A stretch of DNA of 64,000 nucleotides from positions 6,722 through 70,721 of the forward strand of contig DVLA01000059.1 of NCBI GenBank assembly GCA_018715745.1, read 5' to 3'. This document shows, piece by piece, positions 19,434-29,603 of the stretch (positions within the stretch are counted from its first letter, which is position 1; each line of letters begins with the position of its first letter). A program made the position numbers and the translations under genes. Source of the stretch: Candidatus Coprenecus stercoripullorum. GTDB lineage: Bacteria > Bacteroidota > Bacteroidia > Bacteroidales > UBA932. The notes below the pieces were generated by a model that made no database searches, had not been told where the DNA came from, and saw only the letters and a list, made by a program, of their open reading frames with translations.

Positions 19434-21041
19434 TCAAGGCTTGCCGGGAATATAATCCTCGGCAGCCCTGACCATACTGTCCAGTTCAGCAAGTATGGAA
19501 TAGAAAGCGAGGTCATCCAGGCAGGAGTACCTGCCTACCAGGGCCCTCAGCTGCACCATTATTATATGGGAAGAAATATCCCACTGCCCGGGGTCGGCAT
19601 CGACTCCCTTGCTCTTTATGTATGAAAGGAAACCGCGCTCGAGGTCCATACTGTCGAGAAGGCGGCCGAGCCCGGCAAGGTCTTTTACATTCCTGAGTTC
19701 CTTTCTGTAACTGTCGGAAACTATCGAGGCGTACTTGACAGTAAGCGCCTGACGGTTGATCTTGACAAGCAGATCGGTAATTCCGGCCGTATCCAGAGGT
19801 ACGAACACGTCGGGGATAATCCCGCCTCCCCCGTAGACAGTCTTGCCCCCGGGCGTAACATACATGAGCGAATCGTTTACGGGTATGCTGTCCCTTTCCA
19901 TCATCTCCCCGTGGACGTACCTGTTATAGATATCATACGCATAATCAGAATTGTCCCCGCTCTTGTAAGGCTTCTGGATACAGCGCCCCGTAGCTGTATA
20001 GAAACGCGCAACAGTCAGCCTTATTCCCGAATTGTCCGAAAAATCGATCTGCTCCTGAACAAAGCCCTTACCGTATGTCCGGCGGCCTATTATAGTTCCC
20101 CTGTCGTTGTCCTGCATTGCCCCGGCAAGAATCTCACTCGAAGAGGCGCTGTTTTCATTCACAATGACACACAGCTCTATATCCTGGCATTTCCCTTTCC
20201 CGTCCGCATAAAAATCCTGTCTTGCCCTGTGTTTGCCTTCCATGTAGACGATAAGGCTCCCTGCCGGAAGGAACTCGTTGGACAGAGCCAGGGCCTGGTC
20301 AAGATAGCCTCCCATATTATCCTGAAGGTCAAGGATGAGTTTGGTCATGCCGTCCGCAAGCAGGTCCCGTACGGCGACATCAAATTCCGAATGGCTCGTC
20401 CTGGAAAATCTGGAAAGCTTGATATAGCCTGTCGTGTCGTTGAGCATGTATGCCACATCTATGCTCTTGACAGGAATCCTGTCCCTGGTTATATCAAAAT
20501 CAACCGTATCCTCTCCCCTGAGTACGGCAAGCGACACGACTGTCCCCGACATGCCTTTTAGCATGCCTACAAGCGAATCCTGCACAAGGCCTGTCCCTGC
20601 CACCGTCCTGCCGTCTACTGACAGGATCCTGTCCCCGGGAAGCAGGCCCGCCCTCTCCGACGGCCCTCCGGTTATTACGCTTATGACGACAGCCGTATCT
20701 TCCGGCATATTGAAAGTAATGCCTATCCCGTCAAAATTGCCTTCAAGCTCTTCATTGGCTTCTTCCAGATTCTTTGGGGGAAGATAAACGGAATGCGGGT
20801 CAAGCTCGTCAAGCAGAACAGGCAGTATATCTTCCGTAACTCTGTCATAATCCACATCATCAACATAGTTCTGCTCTATCTGCTCGAGTACGAGCTGTAT
20901 CTTGTCCCAGCTGTAGCTGTCCACGAAATGCCTGTCGTCACGCCCCCGCCTGTCGGCCACCCGCGTAAGTATGCTTCCTATAAGCATGAATATGACCGAC
21001 CAGAGTATAATCCTCAATATTTTATTATTATCCTTCTCCAT
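19434..21041 (-). CDS. S41 family C-terminal processing peptidase
   Basis: 535 aa with an N-terminal TM anchor, a PDZ region (GPSERAGLLPGDRILSVDG) and an S41 catalytic domain (NENSASSSEILAG ... TYGKG). Confidence 0.9.
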   Translation of the reverse strand: MEKDNNKILRIILWSVIFMLIGSILTRVADRRGRDDRHFVDSYSWDKIQLVLEQIEQNYVDDVDYDRVTEDILPVLLDELDPHSVYLPPKNLEEANEELEGNFDGIGITFNMPEDTAVVISVITGGPSERAGLLPGDRILSVDGRTVAGTGLVQDSLVGMLKGMSGTVVSLAVLRGEDTVDFDITRDRIPVKSIDVAYMLNDTTGYIKLSRFSRTSHSEFDVAVRDLLADGMTKLILDLQDNMGGYLDQALALSNEFLPAGSLIVYMEGKHRARQDFYADGKGKCQDIELCVIVNENSASSSEILAGAMQDNDRGTIIGRRTYGKGFVQEQIDFSDNSGIRLTVARFYTATGRCIQKPYKSGDNSDYAYDIYNRYVHGEMMERDSIPVNDSLMYVTPGGKTVYGGGGIIPDVFVPLDTAGITDLLVKINRQALTVKYASIVSDSYRKELRNVKDLAGLGRLLDSMDLERGFLSYIKSKGVDADPGQWDISSHIIMVQLRALVGRYSCLDDLAFYSILAELDSMVRAAEDYIPGKP

Positions 21042-21043
21042 AT

Positions 21044-21454
21044 CTAATATTTACGAATCTCTATCCCGGCCCTTTCGAGAAGGTCAAGGCCGTCCCTTAC
21101 GCTGTATTCGATTTTATATACCACCCTTTTTATTCCGGCCTGTATGATCAGCTTGGCGCATTCCACACAGGGGGCGTCCGTCACATACAGGGTGGCCCCA
21201 TCGCTGTTGTTCCCGGACTTGGCCACTTTGGTTATGGCATTGGCCTCGGCATGCAGGACATAGGGTTTGGTCTTGCCGCTGTCATCCTCGCATATATTCT
21301 CAAAACCTGACGGCGTCCCGTTAAAGCCGTCCGAAATAATCATCCTGTCCTTAACGATAAGCGCCCCCACTTTCCTGCGCCTGCAATAGGAGTTCTTGGC
21401 CCAGACCGATGCCATCTCAAGATAACTCCTGTCGAACTGTTCCTGCTTGTCCAT
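21044..21454 (-). CDS. dCMP (deoxycytidylate) deaminase
   Basis: 136 aa with cytidine/deoxycytidylate deaminase zinc motifs HAEANAI and PCVECAK. Confidence 0.9.
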   Translation of the reverse strand: MDKQEQFDRSYLEMASVWAKNSYCRRRKVGALIVKDRMIISDGFNGTPSGFENICEDDSGKTKPYVLHAEANAITKVAKSGNNSDGATLYVTDAPCVECAKLIIQAGIKRVVYKIEYSVRDGLDLLERAGIEIRKY

Positions 21455-21455
21455 C

Positions 21456-23117
21456 TCAGTTTCCGCTCCTTTGGTACAGATACCTTTTTATACTCTTCTT
21501 GGGAGTCTTCTCGAATTCTTCGGGGAAAAGCTCCACTTTGGAAACCCTGCAGTAATTCGGGACCGTTTCATTCATTTCCCTGACGCTTGCCCTGATCTTG
21601 TCAAGCAGCTGTTCGTTTGTCAGACCGTCCGCAGCGGCAAGCTCCGCATCGGGATAGACCAGGGCAACGAGCCGCCCGTTTTCTTCAACGACAAGTGACT
21701 CCACGACATATGGCATGTTGTTTATGTCCCCCTCTATTTCCTCCGGATATATGTTCTGGCCGGACGGTCCGAGAATCATACTCTTGCAACGGCCCTTTAT
21801 GAACAGGTAACCGTCCTTGTCCATAATTCCCATATCACCTGTCCTGAACCAGCCGTCTTCGGTGAAGGCATCCCTGGTAGCCTCTTCGTTCTTGTAATAC
21901 CCCAGAAATACATTGTCCCCTTTTACCAGTATTTCGCCGGGTATATTGCGGGGATCGTCCGAATCAATCCTGATCTGCATGCGCGGGGCGGCCTTGCCGC
22001 AAGAATAAAGCTTGTTTTTATCCCACGGCGCATAGGATATTATCGGGCCACACTCTGTCATCCCGTAGCCTACGGTATATTTGAAGCCTATCTTCTTGAA
22101 GAAAGCCTCGGCCTCCCTGTTGAAGGCGGCCCCTCCGATAATCACCTCCTTGAAGTTGCCGCCGAAAGCCTCTTCAAGCTCCCTGTTGATTCTGTTGTGG
22201 ATCTTCTGGTCTATCACCGGCAAGCGCAACAGCAGCTTTATGTCCCTGCGGTTTATGACGGGTTCCAGTTTCTTCTTATATATCTTCTCGATAATAAGCG
22301 GCACCGAAACAATCAGATCCGGCTTTACGGAGCCCATCGCATCGAGAATAATCTTCGGCGTAGGGAGACGGGTCAGGAAATGTACGTGCGAACCTGCGCA
22401 TATCTCGAAAAGGAATTCGAACATCATACCGTACATGTGGGCGGTAGGGAGCATGGAGACGCAATTTGAAGCATTGTCCATGTGGCCGTGTACTTCCCAT
22501 CCGAAAAGGACGTTGGACATCAAAGACCTGTATGGAAGCATCACTCCCTTGGAGAAGCCGGAAGTCCCTGAAGTATAGTTGATCATCGCAAGTTCATCAG
22601 GGGAATCCTCGTAATAATCCACACAGTCGGGATGGAAGCTCCTGGGATATTTACGGCCGAAAAGCTCGTTCAGATGCTCGCGCGTCTCCACTATCTTCTC
22701 GTTCCTGGCGTACAGCAGCGAAAAGTCATTGAGAAGTATTATGGCATCAAGCGATGGCATCTCCGGCTGGGAGAGTTCTTCCCAGACCGTATCCCCCACA
22801 AAAAGCACCCGCGATTCGGAGTGGTTTACAAGATGGTATATATTACCGCTTTTGAATTCATGCAGCAACGGTACGGGGACTGCCCCGTAGGTAAGGGCGG
22901 CAAGGAAGGCGACTCCCCAGTTAGCCTGGTTCCTGGAGCATATAGCAATTTTGTCACCTTTCTGTACACCACATATATTCAGCATAATATGTATCTTCTC
23001 TATTCTTCTCGCCACATCCCTGTAATACAATGTCACTCCCTTGTAGTCGGACAGTGCAGGGCAATCCCAGTTCTTTTTAATGCTGTTTTCAATCGTTTTG
23101 TTCAAAGATGTTGCCAT
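21456..23117 (-). CDS. AMP-dependent (long-chain fatty) acyl-CoA ligase
   Basis: 553 aa with an AMP-binding motif (YTSGTSGFSKGV) and the adenylate-forming core GYGMTE ... TGD ... GR.KS. Confidence 0.85.
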   Translation of the reverse strand: MATSLNKTIENSIKKNWDCPALSDYKGVTLYYRDVARRIEKIHIMLNICGVQKGDKIAICSRNQANWGVAFLAALTYGAVPVPLLHEFKSGNIYHLVNHSESRVLFVGDTVWEELSQPEMPSLDAIILLNDFSLLYARNEKIVETREHLNELFGRKYPRSFHPDCVDYYEDSPDELAMINYTSGTSGFSKGVMLPYRSLMSNVLFGWEVHGHMDNASNCVSMLPTAHMYGMMFEFLFEICAGSHVHFLTRLPTPKIILDAMGSVKPDLIVSVPLIIEKIYKKKLEPVINRRDIKLLLRLPVIDQKIHNRINRELEEAFGGNFKEVIIGGAAFNREAEAFFKKIGFKYTVGYGMTECGPIISYAPWDKNKLYSCGKAAPRMQIRIDSDDPRNIPGEILVKGDNVFLGYYKNEEATRDAFTEDGWFRTGDMGIMDKDGYLFIKGRCKSMILGPSGQNIYPEEIEGDINNMPYVVESLVVEENGRLVALVYPDAELAAADGLTNEQLLDKIRASVREMNETVPNYCRVSKVELFPEEFEKTPKKSIKRYLYQRSGN

Positions 23118-23140
23118 ATAATTATAATAATAGTTGGAAT

Positions 23141-24970
23141 CTAAAAAGTCTGCATATCACACAGGTGCGAATAAAGCCCGCCCTGCGCTATAAGTTCCGC
23201 ATGCGTACCGCGTTCGACTATCTCCCCGGAACGCAGCACCACAATCATATCCGCATGCTGTATCGTGGACAGCCGGTGGGCTATGACTATGGATGTACGG
23301 TTTTTCATGAGTTTTGTAAGCGCATCCTGTACAAGGCGCTCGCTTTCGGTATCAAGGGCCGAGGTAGCTTCGTCGAGAATAAGTACCGGCGGGTTTTTCA
23401 GGACCGCACGCGCAATGGCAATTCTCTGCCTCTGACCGCCGGAAAGTTTGGCGCCCCTGTCACCGATATTGGTCTGATAGCCGTCCTCCATCTGCACGAT
23501 AAACTCATCGGCATTGGCGATTTTGGCAGCCCTTATAACTTCCTCATCGGAAACGCCGGTCATACCGAAAGTTATATTGTTTCTCACGGTGTCATTGAAA
23601 AGTATGGCCTCCTGCGTAACGACCCCCATGAGGGACATGAGTTCCTTGGGATAGAACTCTTTGATATTGGTTCCGTCTATAAGCACTTCGCCGCTGAGCG
23701 TATCGTAGAACCGCGGCAAGAGGTCCGCCAAGGTGGATTTGCCGGCGCCAGAAGGGCCGACTACTGCCACCATCTTCCCTTTTGGTATTTCAAGGTTTAT
23801 ATTTTTAAGGACATAGTCGGAGCTGTTGGCATATTTGAAATATACGTTCCTGTATTCTATCCTGTCCTTGAAATCGGAAATATGAACGGGATTCGGGGAT
23901 TTCTTTATGGAGGGCTCGGCATCCAAAATGGCAAAAATCCTACGACCGGAAACAAGGCCCCTCTGCACTGCAGAATATGCCGAAGCGATGGCTTTTGAGG
24001 GTTCAAGCACCCTCCAGTAAAACGCTATATAGACAATAAAGTCGGAAAGGGACATCCCGAGTTCCCCCCGCATCTGAAGGACGCCGCCGTAGAAAAGCAC
24101 TGCGGCCGCTACGGAGATTCCGAGGAATTCGGACATCGGGGAGGCCAGTTCCTGCCGGGTAAACATCGCACGGCTTACTGCCTTGTGCTCTTCATTGAGT
24201 TTGTCGAAATGTTCCCTCACATATTTCTGTGCATTGAACGCCTTGATAATCCTGACTCCGGAAATCGCCTCTTCAAACTGACTGAGAATGCGCCCCATGA
24301 GTTCCTGAGTCCTGGTAGCGCCGCGTTTGAGTTTGCGGCTTATCGCCCCTATCACAAAGCCCGATATGGGAAGGGTGAGCAGGGTCAGAAGCGTCAGCTT
24401 GGGAGACATATAGAACAGGCCGCACAGAAAGCCGACTATCAGCAGGGGCTCCCGGAACAATATGTGAAAACTGCTCGCAACGCTGTTCTGCACCTCGTTG
24501 ACATCATTGGATATGCTCGAAAGTATATCCCCCTTGCGCTTTTCCTGGAAATAATCCACGTTCAGCTTCGTAATCTTGGCAAACAGGTCCGCCCTTATCC
24601 CCTTCATCACGTTGGTCTTCATGTTCACGAGTATCTTCTGGGAAATGAAGCGGGTGAGGTTTGACAGAAAAGTCGCCGCCACAAGCACCGCGCAAACGAA
24701 TATCAACGCCTTGAGTACTCCGTTGGCAGCCATTACCCTGGTAAGGTAATACTGGAACACGCCTGTAAAGTAGTCTACGGAGAGGGAGAACTCCGGAAGT
24801 GCCGTATACTTCTCTACGGAATCCGGATCGAACAGCACTTCGAGAAGAGGCTTTATCAAAGCATAATTCACGACTCCGAAGATTACGGACAATATCGAGA
24901 ATGCCAGATAACCGGGCCAATAACGCCTGTACGGCCTGGCATACGAAAGAATCCTTTTGAAAACACCCAT
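23141..24970 (-). CDS. ABC transporter permease/ATPase fusion (MsbA-like exporter)
   Basis: 609 aa with six N-terminal TM helices, Walker A (GPSGAGKST), the ABC signature (LSGGQRQRIAIARA) and Walker B (ILILDEATSALD). Confidence 0.9.
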   Translation of the reverse strand: MGVFKRILSYARPYRRYWPGYLAFSILSVIFGVVNYALIKPLLEVLFDPDSVEKYTALPEFSLSVDYFTGVFQYYLTRVMAANGVLKALIFVCAVLVAATFLSNLTRFISQKILVNMKTNVMKGIRADLFAKITKLNVDYFQEKRKGDILSSISNDVNEVQNSVASSFHILFREPLLIVGFLCGLFYMSPKLTLLTLLTLPISGFVIGAISRKLKRGATRTQELMGRILSQFEEAISGVRIIKAFNAQKYVREHFDKLNEEHKAVSRAMFTRQELASPMSEFLGISVAAAVLFYGGVLQMRGELGMSLSDFIVYIAFYWRVLEPSKAIASAYSAVQRGLVSGRRIFAILDAEPSIKKSPNPVHISDFKDRIEYRNVYFKYANSSDYVLKNINLEIPKGKMVAVVGPSGAGKSTLADLLPRFYDTLSGEVLIDGTNIKEFYPKELMSLMGVVTQEAILFNDTVRNNITFGMTGVSDEEVIRAAKIANADEFIVQMEDGYQTNIGDRGAKLSGGQRQRIAIARAVLKNPPVLILDEATSALDTESERLVQDALTKLMKNRTSIVIAHRLSTIQHADMIVVLRSGEIVERGTHAELIAQGGLYSHLCDMQTF

Positions 24971-24979
24971 ACCGTAAAT

Positions 24980-25237
24980 CTAATCTACCGTTTCGTAATC
25001 AACATATTCTCCCATGTCCTTGCCTACTATCTTTTCCTTGCTGTCCGGGGACGGGGATGATACGTATACGTCGCCTTCTTTCCCCCGTTTACGCTTCCCT
25101 CCGGCGGACACGTCACGGCTGCGGCGGACAAAGAGCCTGCCGCGGCCGAAAAGAGCGGCTGCAGGCAGCAGGATAAGGAAAAGCGCAAAGGCCAGTGCGG
25201 CAACCGCTATGAAAATTATAATGAAAATAACTGACAT
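24980..25237 (-). CDS. small membrane protein, DUF4834-like
   Basis: 85 aa with an N-terminal TM helix, a basic linker and an acidic C-terminal EYVDYETVD, as I recall for DUF4834. Confidence 0.55.
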   Translation of the reverse strand: MSVIFIIIFIAVAALAFALFLILLPAAALFGRGRLFVRRSRDVSAGGKRKRGKEGDVYVSSPSPDSKEKIVGKDMGEYVDYETVD

Positions 25238-25243
25238 CTGTAC

Positions 25244-27439
25244 TTAACGTTTTCTGAATACGCCGGTCCCGAGATCCAGCAGCATTGCCTTTCCGCTCGC
25301 TGCCGTCACCGCAACTCCGGTCCCGTCAACGGCCTCCACCGGAGTATCCTTTCCCAGCCTGTTCCTGCCGGAAAAGTCCGCCGCAAGAATGCCTTCCGAG
25401 TTATAAATCAGCGTCTGGTAGGAGGTCCGCACAATCCAGTAGCGCTTGCCGCCGCATTCCAGCAACTCCGGCAGCGACATAATCCTTTCCGAAGTTATTA
25501 TCTCGTTCCAGCCTTCTGCGGGACGGCCGTCAAGAGTATACATCCCTATGGAGTTGTCGGCATGAAGCACCATCATTACATAGTTCCTGTCCCCCTTGAA
25601 GTCGTATACTTCAGGGCCTATAAGTATTTCCTTGCCCACGGACACGGGGAAAGGCCGCACCCAGCGCCCGAGCCTGTCGAGAAGGTACACTTTATCGCCG
25701 GAAGCAAAAAGCATCTGAAGCTTGCCGTTCTTGAAATAGTCTATCTGGGCGACCTTGCCACAAAGCCTGCCCTGGAACGGTATGGCCCAGACAGAGCGTC
25801 TGGAGCTGTTAAGCAGTCTCAGATAATTGTTGTCAAGCTGTTCAAGATAATTGTCAGAGCCGTCGACAAAATTCAATATCCGGAACGGGCCTTCAGGAAC
25901 GGATACCGGTGTATCGTCAAAGATAATATCGGTATCAGCCGCTCCTTGCGGGAGAGGCTGCTCGGCCAGGTCCTCGGAATAGAAAGAGAAGGCGGCGACT
26001 GCGGAAGAAGAGCCTGACGGTGCAATGGACAGGGTCACGAACTCGAAATTCCTGCTCCCCGAAATGTCTGCCAGCCTGGCCGCATATTCCGGCCTGAAAA
26101 CCTTCAGAAGCGAATCCCGGCAACGGGACATGTTCAAGGCCATGGATACCGCGGACGGAATATCCATGTCACCTGCTGCGGGGGTCTGTTCCAGGTAATT
26201 GCCCAAAGAAAAGAAAATCCCGGAAGAACGCATGTCCATATAATTTTCCAGGGCGGCCCGGGAACCGACAAGCACCCAGTCCCCGTCGGTTACGTAACAG
26301 CTTTCGTCATCAGGTGAGAGGGCCTTGCCGAAAGCCGACGCTATCCTGCCTTTGCAAGGATAGGCCGAGATGCTGTCCGCGGAAGGCAGCCCAGTGCGGG
26401 AGGCGGCATCGGTAAGCAATGCGGAAATCCTGCCTGAGGCCATATCCGTCCTGAGGGAAAACACCCCCGCTTCCCGGAGTGACATGGATCTTACCCATGC
26501 AGTCACGTCGCTTCCCGGCACGCCCATGCCGCATGCCTCCCTGTAACGGGAAAGGGCGGAGACAAACCCTTCCGGAGATGAAAGGGGAAGAGTAAGCACA
26601 TAGTCCGATACATAGGGTGCAATTTCATATATCCGGGGTATACCCCCTTCCTGTGACGCTATTACATCCGAATACCCTGTACCGTCCCCGGCTGCGGAAC
26701 ATCTGCCTTCCGCATGGATCCCATGCCCGTCACGGGATATGCCGAAAGCCATCCAGCGGGAGAAGGTCCTGAAAAATTCCGCATATTTGAGAAAACCGGA
26801 ATTGACCGTACCGGAAAAAAGTTTGCCCAGATTCTTATTGTTCATGTGCAGCACACCATCCCCGTTCCGGACGGAAGCCGCCATGGAATAATCCGGATCG
26901 TCCTTTATTGACAGGCCGCCGGAAATATGCCTGAGAGATGACTCCACCAGCACTATGGACGGGCTCGCTATCAGATAGTCCGAGTATACGGTAAAAGCCA
27001 TGTCCGGGACAGTGGAACGGTATATCAGTTCCGCCCCGTATTTCTTGTTGATCACACCGCTGCAATTGTCGAGCAAGGTATTCTCGAGATATGCCGACTC
27101 CTCGGCCGAGGGAGAGGAAAGTATAAGCAGCGGCGATACTTTGTTTTTACTTGAATAATGGAGAGAAACCACAGTCTCCCAGTCCGAGGCAATATCGGGA
27201 ATGCCCGCAACGAAATCGTACAGGGCACTCCCTTTATCTATAAGTCCTCTGACATCAGACAGTGAGCCTGACTCATAAAACAGCACGGCATCGGAAGGGA
27301 CAGCCTCCACGGCATCAGTTACCGGGACATAGCTCCGTTGCCGCCCGTCGCCCTTGAACAGGCTATAGAACAGCACCCCTACGCCTGCAAGCAGGAGCAG
27401 GGCGAACACCGTGCATATTATGACGCTCTTCCTGCTCAT
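25244..27439 (-). CDS. large membrane-anchored hypothetical protein
   Basis: 731-aa ORF with an N-terminal TM anchor (VIICTVFALLLLAGVGVLFYSLF) and coding-like composition. It has a 4-nt overlap with the upstream FKBP gene. I recognised no catalytic motif. Confidence 0.6.
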   Translation of the reverse strand: MSRKSVIICTVFALLLLAGVGVLFYSLFKGDGRQRSYVPVTDAVEAVPSDAVLFYESGSLSDVRGLIDKGSALYDFVAGIPDIASDWETVVSLHYSSKNKVSPLLILSSPSAEESAYLENTLLDNCSGVINKKYGAELIYRSTVPDMAFTVYSDYLIASPSIVLVESSLRHISGGLSIKDDPDYSMAASVRNGDGVLHMNNKNLGKLFSGTVNSGFLKYAEFFRTFSRWMAFGISRDGHGIHAEGRCSAAGDGTGYSDVIASQEGGIPRIYEIAPYVSDYVLTLPLSSPEGFVSALSRYREACGMGVPGSDVTAWVRSMSLREAGVFSLRTDMASGRISALLTDAASRTGLPSADSISAYPCKGRIASAFGKALSPDDESCYVTDGDWVLVGSRAALENYMDMRSSGIFFSLGNYLEQTPAAGDMDIPSAVSMALNMSRCRDSLLKVFRPEYAARLADISGSRNFEFVTLSIAPSGSSSAVAAFSFYSEDLAEQPLPQGAADTDIIFDDTPVSVPEGPFRILNFVDGSDNYLEQLDNNYLRLLNSSRRSVWAIPFQGRLCGKVAQIDYFKNGKLQMLFASGDKVYLLDRLGRWVRPFPVSVGKEILIGPEVYDFKGDRNYVMMVLHADNSIGMYTLDGRPAEGWNEIITSERIMSLPELLECGGKRYWIVRTSYQTLIYNSEGILAADFSGRNRLGKDTPVEAVDGTGVAVTAASGKAMLLDLGTGVFRKR

Positions 27440-28182
27440 TTCCTCTCAGCTGCAGCCTTGGATGCCTCAGGGTTGAACTTGCGCACCTTCACAAGTTCCA
27501 CTTCAAATATAAGCGTTGAATAACCGGGTATGGGACCGGTCCCGCGCTGTCCGTAGGCAAGATCGTAAGGGATGTAGAGGTTTATCCTGCCTCCTTCCTT
27601 TACATACTGCATGCCTTCTGTCCAGCCTTTTATAACTCTGTTAAGAGGCAGTACGGCAGTCTCTCCCCTTTCGTATGAAGAGTCGAACTCCTCGCCGTTA
27701 ACGAGGGTTCCTCTGTAATTTATCTCAACGGTATCATTAGGTTCGGGGCTGATACCGGAGCCTTCCTGGACTATCATGTACTGAAGTCCGCTTTCGGTCT
27801 CAACGACACCTTCCTTGGCCTTGTTCTCCTCGAGGAACTTCTCGCCCTCTTCCTTGGCCTTGTCGGAAAGATAGGTGCTCCTCTCGAAAAGATACTGCTG
27901 GATATACATCATCAGCACCTGGTTGTTGTTCTCAACACGGGTTTCCCTGTCATTGAGGACATCATAAAAACCTTCCCTCATCTTCGACAGGTTCAGCTCT
28001 CCGAAATCGACCGTGTTGACCATGCTGGCAAAGTACATTCCGAGAACATAGCTGACCGTATCGATATCCGCGTCCGTAACATCGGGCATCCTGTCCCCCT
28101 TATCATAAACGGAATTACCGCAAGAAGATAAAAACAAAGCGGATACGGCTACAGCCGCCATAACAGTAAAAATACGTCTCAT
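27436..28182 (-). CDS. FKBP-type peptidyl-prolyl isomerase (lipoprotein)
   Basis: 248 aa with a lipobox (LSSCGN) and a C-terminal FKBP domain (YRGTLVNGEEFDSS ... GWTEG ... IPGYSTLIFEVELV). Confidence 0.9.
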   Translation of the reverse strand: MRRIFTVMAAVAVSALFLSSCGNSVYDKGDRMPDVTDADIDTVSYVLGMYFASMVNTVDFGELNLSKMREGFYDVLNDRETRVENNNQVLMMYIQQYLFERSTYLSDKAKEEGEKFLEENKAKEGVVETESGLQYMIVQEGSGISPEPNDTVEINYRGTLVNGEEFDSSYERGETAVLPLNRVIKGWTEGMQYVKEGGRINLYIPYDLAYGQRGTGPIPGYSTLIFEVELVKVRKFNPEASKAAAERK

Positions 28183-28194
28183 CGTTTTAAATGT

Positions 28195-29364
28195 TTAATT
28201 TATTAGTTTTTGTTTTATATGTTTACCTGTAATGACCATCGCCGCCAGCCCCGCAAGGGCCGCCGAAACCGATGATACCAATATAGTAGCTTTTCCTATA
28301 AAAACCAGCCGCAAATCGGAAAATGCGAGATTGTCGATAAAGATAGACATGGTAAAGCCTATCCCGCCAAACACGCCTATTGCCGCCAGCTGTTTCCAGC
28401 ACACTCCGTCCGGAAGTTTCGCCATACGCAGGGCCACTGCAAGGCGGCTGAAAAGGAATATCCCTATGGGCTTCCCTAACAGCAACCCGAAGAATATCCC
28501 GTAAGACAGGGACTCCGGAGGCCATAACGAAAACGAGCCGGCCGTAAATGGAACTCCTGCATTGGCAAGGGCGAACACCGGCATTATCAAATAATTGACC
28601 CATGGGAAGAGACGGTGCTCGAGCCTGTGCAACAAAGGCTGGCCGCCTCCCTTGCCTTGTCCGGATGGTATCGTCATGGCCAGCAATACTCCGGCTATTG
28701 TAGCATGCACTCCGGACATGTATACTGCATACCAGAGAGCCACCCCCGGGACAATATACCATGCAGCCGACCTTAACCCCGCCCTGTTGAACAGGAAAAG
28801 GACAGCCAGAATGACAAGGGCATAAAGAAGGTACATATACTCTATCTCCCCCGAAGGATAGAAAAGCGCCAGCACAAGTATCGCGCCAAGGTCATCCACG
28901 ATAGCCAGTGCGGTAAGGAACACTTTCAGGGCCAGAGGGCACCTGTTCCCGAGCAATGAAAGGATACCTATTGCAAATGCTATGTCAGTAGCCATGGGTA
29001 TGCCCCAACCGGAAGAGGCCTCCCCGCTGCAGTTGAAAAGCATATATATCAAAGCGGGACAGAGCATGCCGCCTATGGCGGCAAAAACCGGAAGCATGGC
29101 CTTCTTGGGAGAGGAAAGCTCCCCGTAAAGGATCTCCCTTTTGATTTCCATGCCGACCGCAAAAAAGAAAACGGCCATCAGACCGTCATTTATCCAGTGC
29201 AGCAGTGACATACTGAAAGAAAGACCGCCCGTGCATATTCCTATGTCGGTTTTCAGGAGCGGGAAATAGACATCCTGCAACACCGGCACATTGGCCATGA
29301 CCAATGCCGCCAGTGCGCATAGCACCAACAAGATGCCAACCATCACCTTCTCAAAGTCTTTCAT
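28195..29364 (-). CDS. nhaA: Na+/H+ antiporter NhaA
   Basis: Polytopic membrane protein with NhaA-like sequence (ATDIAFAIGILSLLG, LTALAIVDDLGAILV). The start was moved to the Met at 29364 (MKDFEKV...) because the 19-codon ORF extension lies inside the tandem repeat and upstream of a -7 box. Confidence 0.9.
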   Translation of the reverse strand: MKDFEKVMVGILLVLCALAALVMANVPVLQDVYFPLLKTDIGICTGGLSFSMSLLHWINDGLMAVFFFAVGMEIKREILYGELSSPKKAMLPVFAAIGGMLCPALIYMLFNCSGEASSGWGIPMATDIAFAIGILSLLGNRCPLALKVFLTALAIVDDLGAILVLALFYPSGEIEYMYLLYALVILAVLFLFNRAGLRSAAWYIVPGVALWYAVYMSGVHATIAGVLLAMTIPSGQGKGGGQPLLHRLEHRLFPWVNYLIMPVFALANAGVPFTAGSFSLWPPESLSYGIFFGLLLGKPIGIFLFSRLAVALRMAKLPDGVCWKQLAAIGVFGGIGFTMSIFIDNLAFSDLRLVFIGKATILVSSVSAALAGLAAMVITGKHIKQKLIN

Positions 29365-29378
29365 CTTCAAATCGGGGG

Positions 29379-29386
29379 CAAATATA
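29379..29386 (-). promoter_or_regulatory. candidate -7 box (TATATTTG) for nhaA
   Basis: Reverse-strand TATATTTG is a perfect TAnnTTTG match, 14 nt upstream of the preferred nhaA ATG. It directly abuts repeat copy 1. Confidence 0.45.
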
Positions 29387-29603
29387 CGTAGAAGCCGAGA
29401 GTAATGCAAGTTTACTTGCAATTACCGAAGCGTACAAGTATATGCGGCGAAGCCGAATTCCGTAGAAGCCGAGAGTAATGCAAGTTTACTTGCAATTACC
29501 GAGGCGCACAAGTATATGCGGCGAAGCCGAATTCCGTAGAAGCCGAGAGCAATGCAAGTTTACTTGCAATTACCGAGGCGCACAAGTATATGCGGCGAAG
29601 CCG
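29387..29603. repeat. tandem direct repeat, 3 copies of a 74-bp unit (third copy truncated to 69 bp)
   Basis: Units start at 29387, 29461 and 29535. Copies differ by 1-2 substitutions. Each contains the palindrome TGCAAGT-TT-ACTTGCA and a reverse-strand TATACTTG box. Confidence 0.97.

Noticed and set aside
29387-29603. Possibility that the tandem repeat is a CRISPR array
   Set aside because: The units are directly abutting 74-bp copies with no unique spacers between them, and there are no cas genes in the window.
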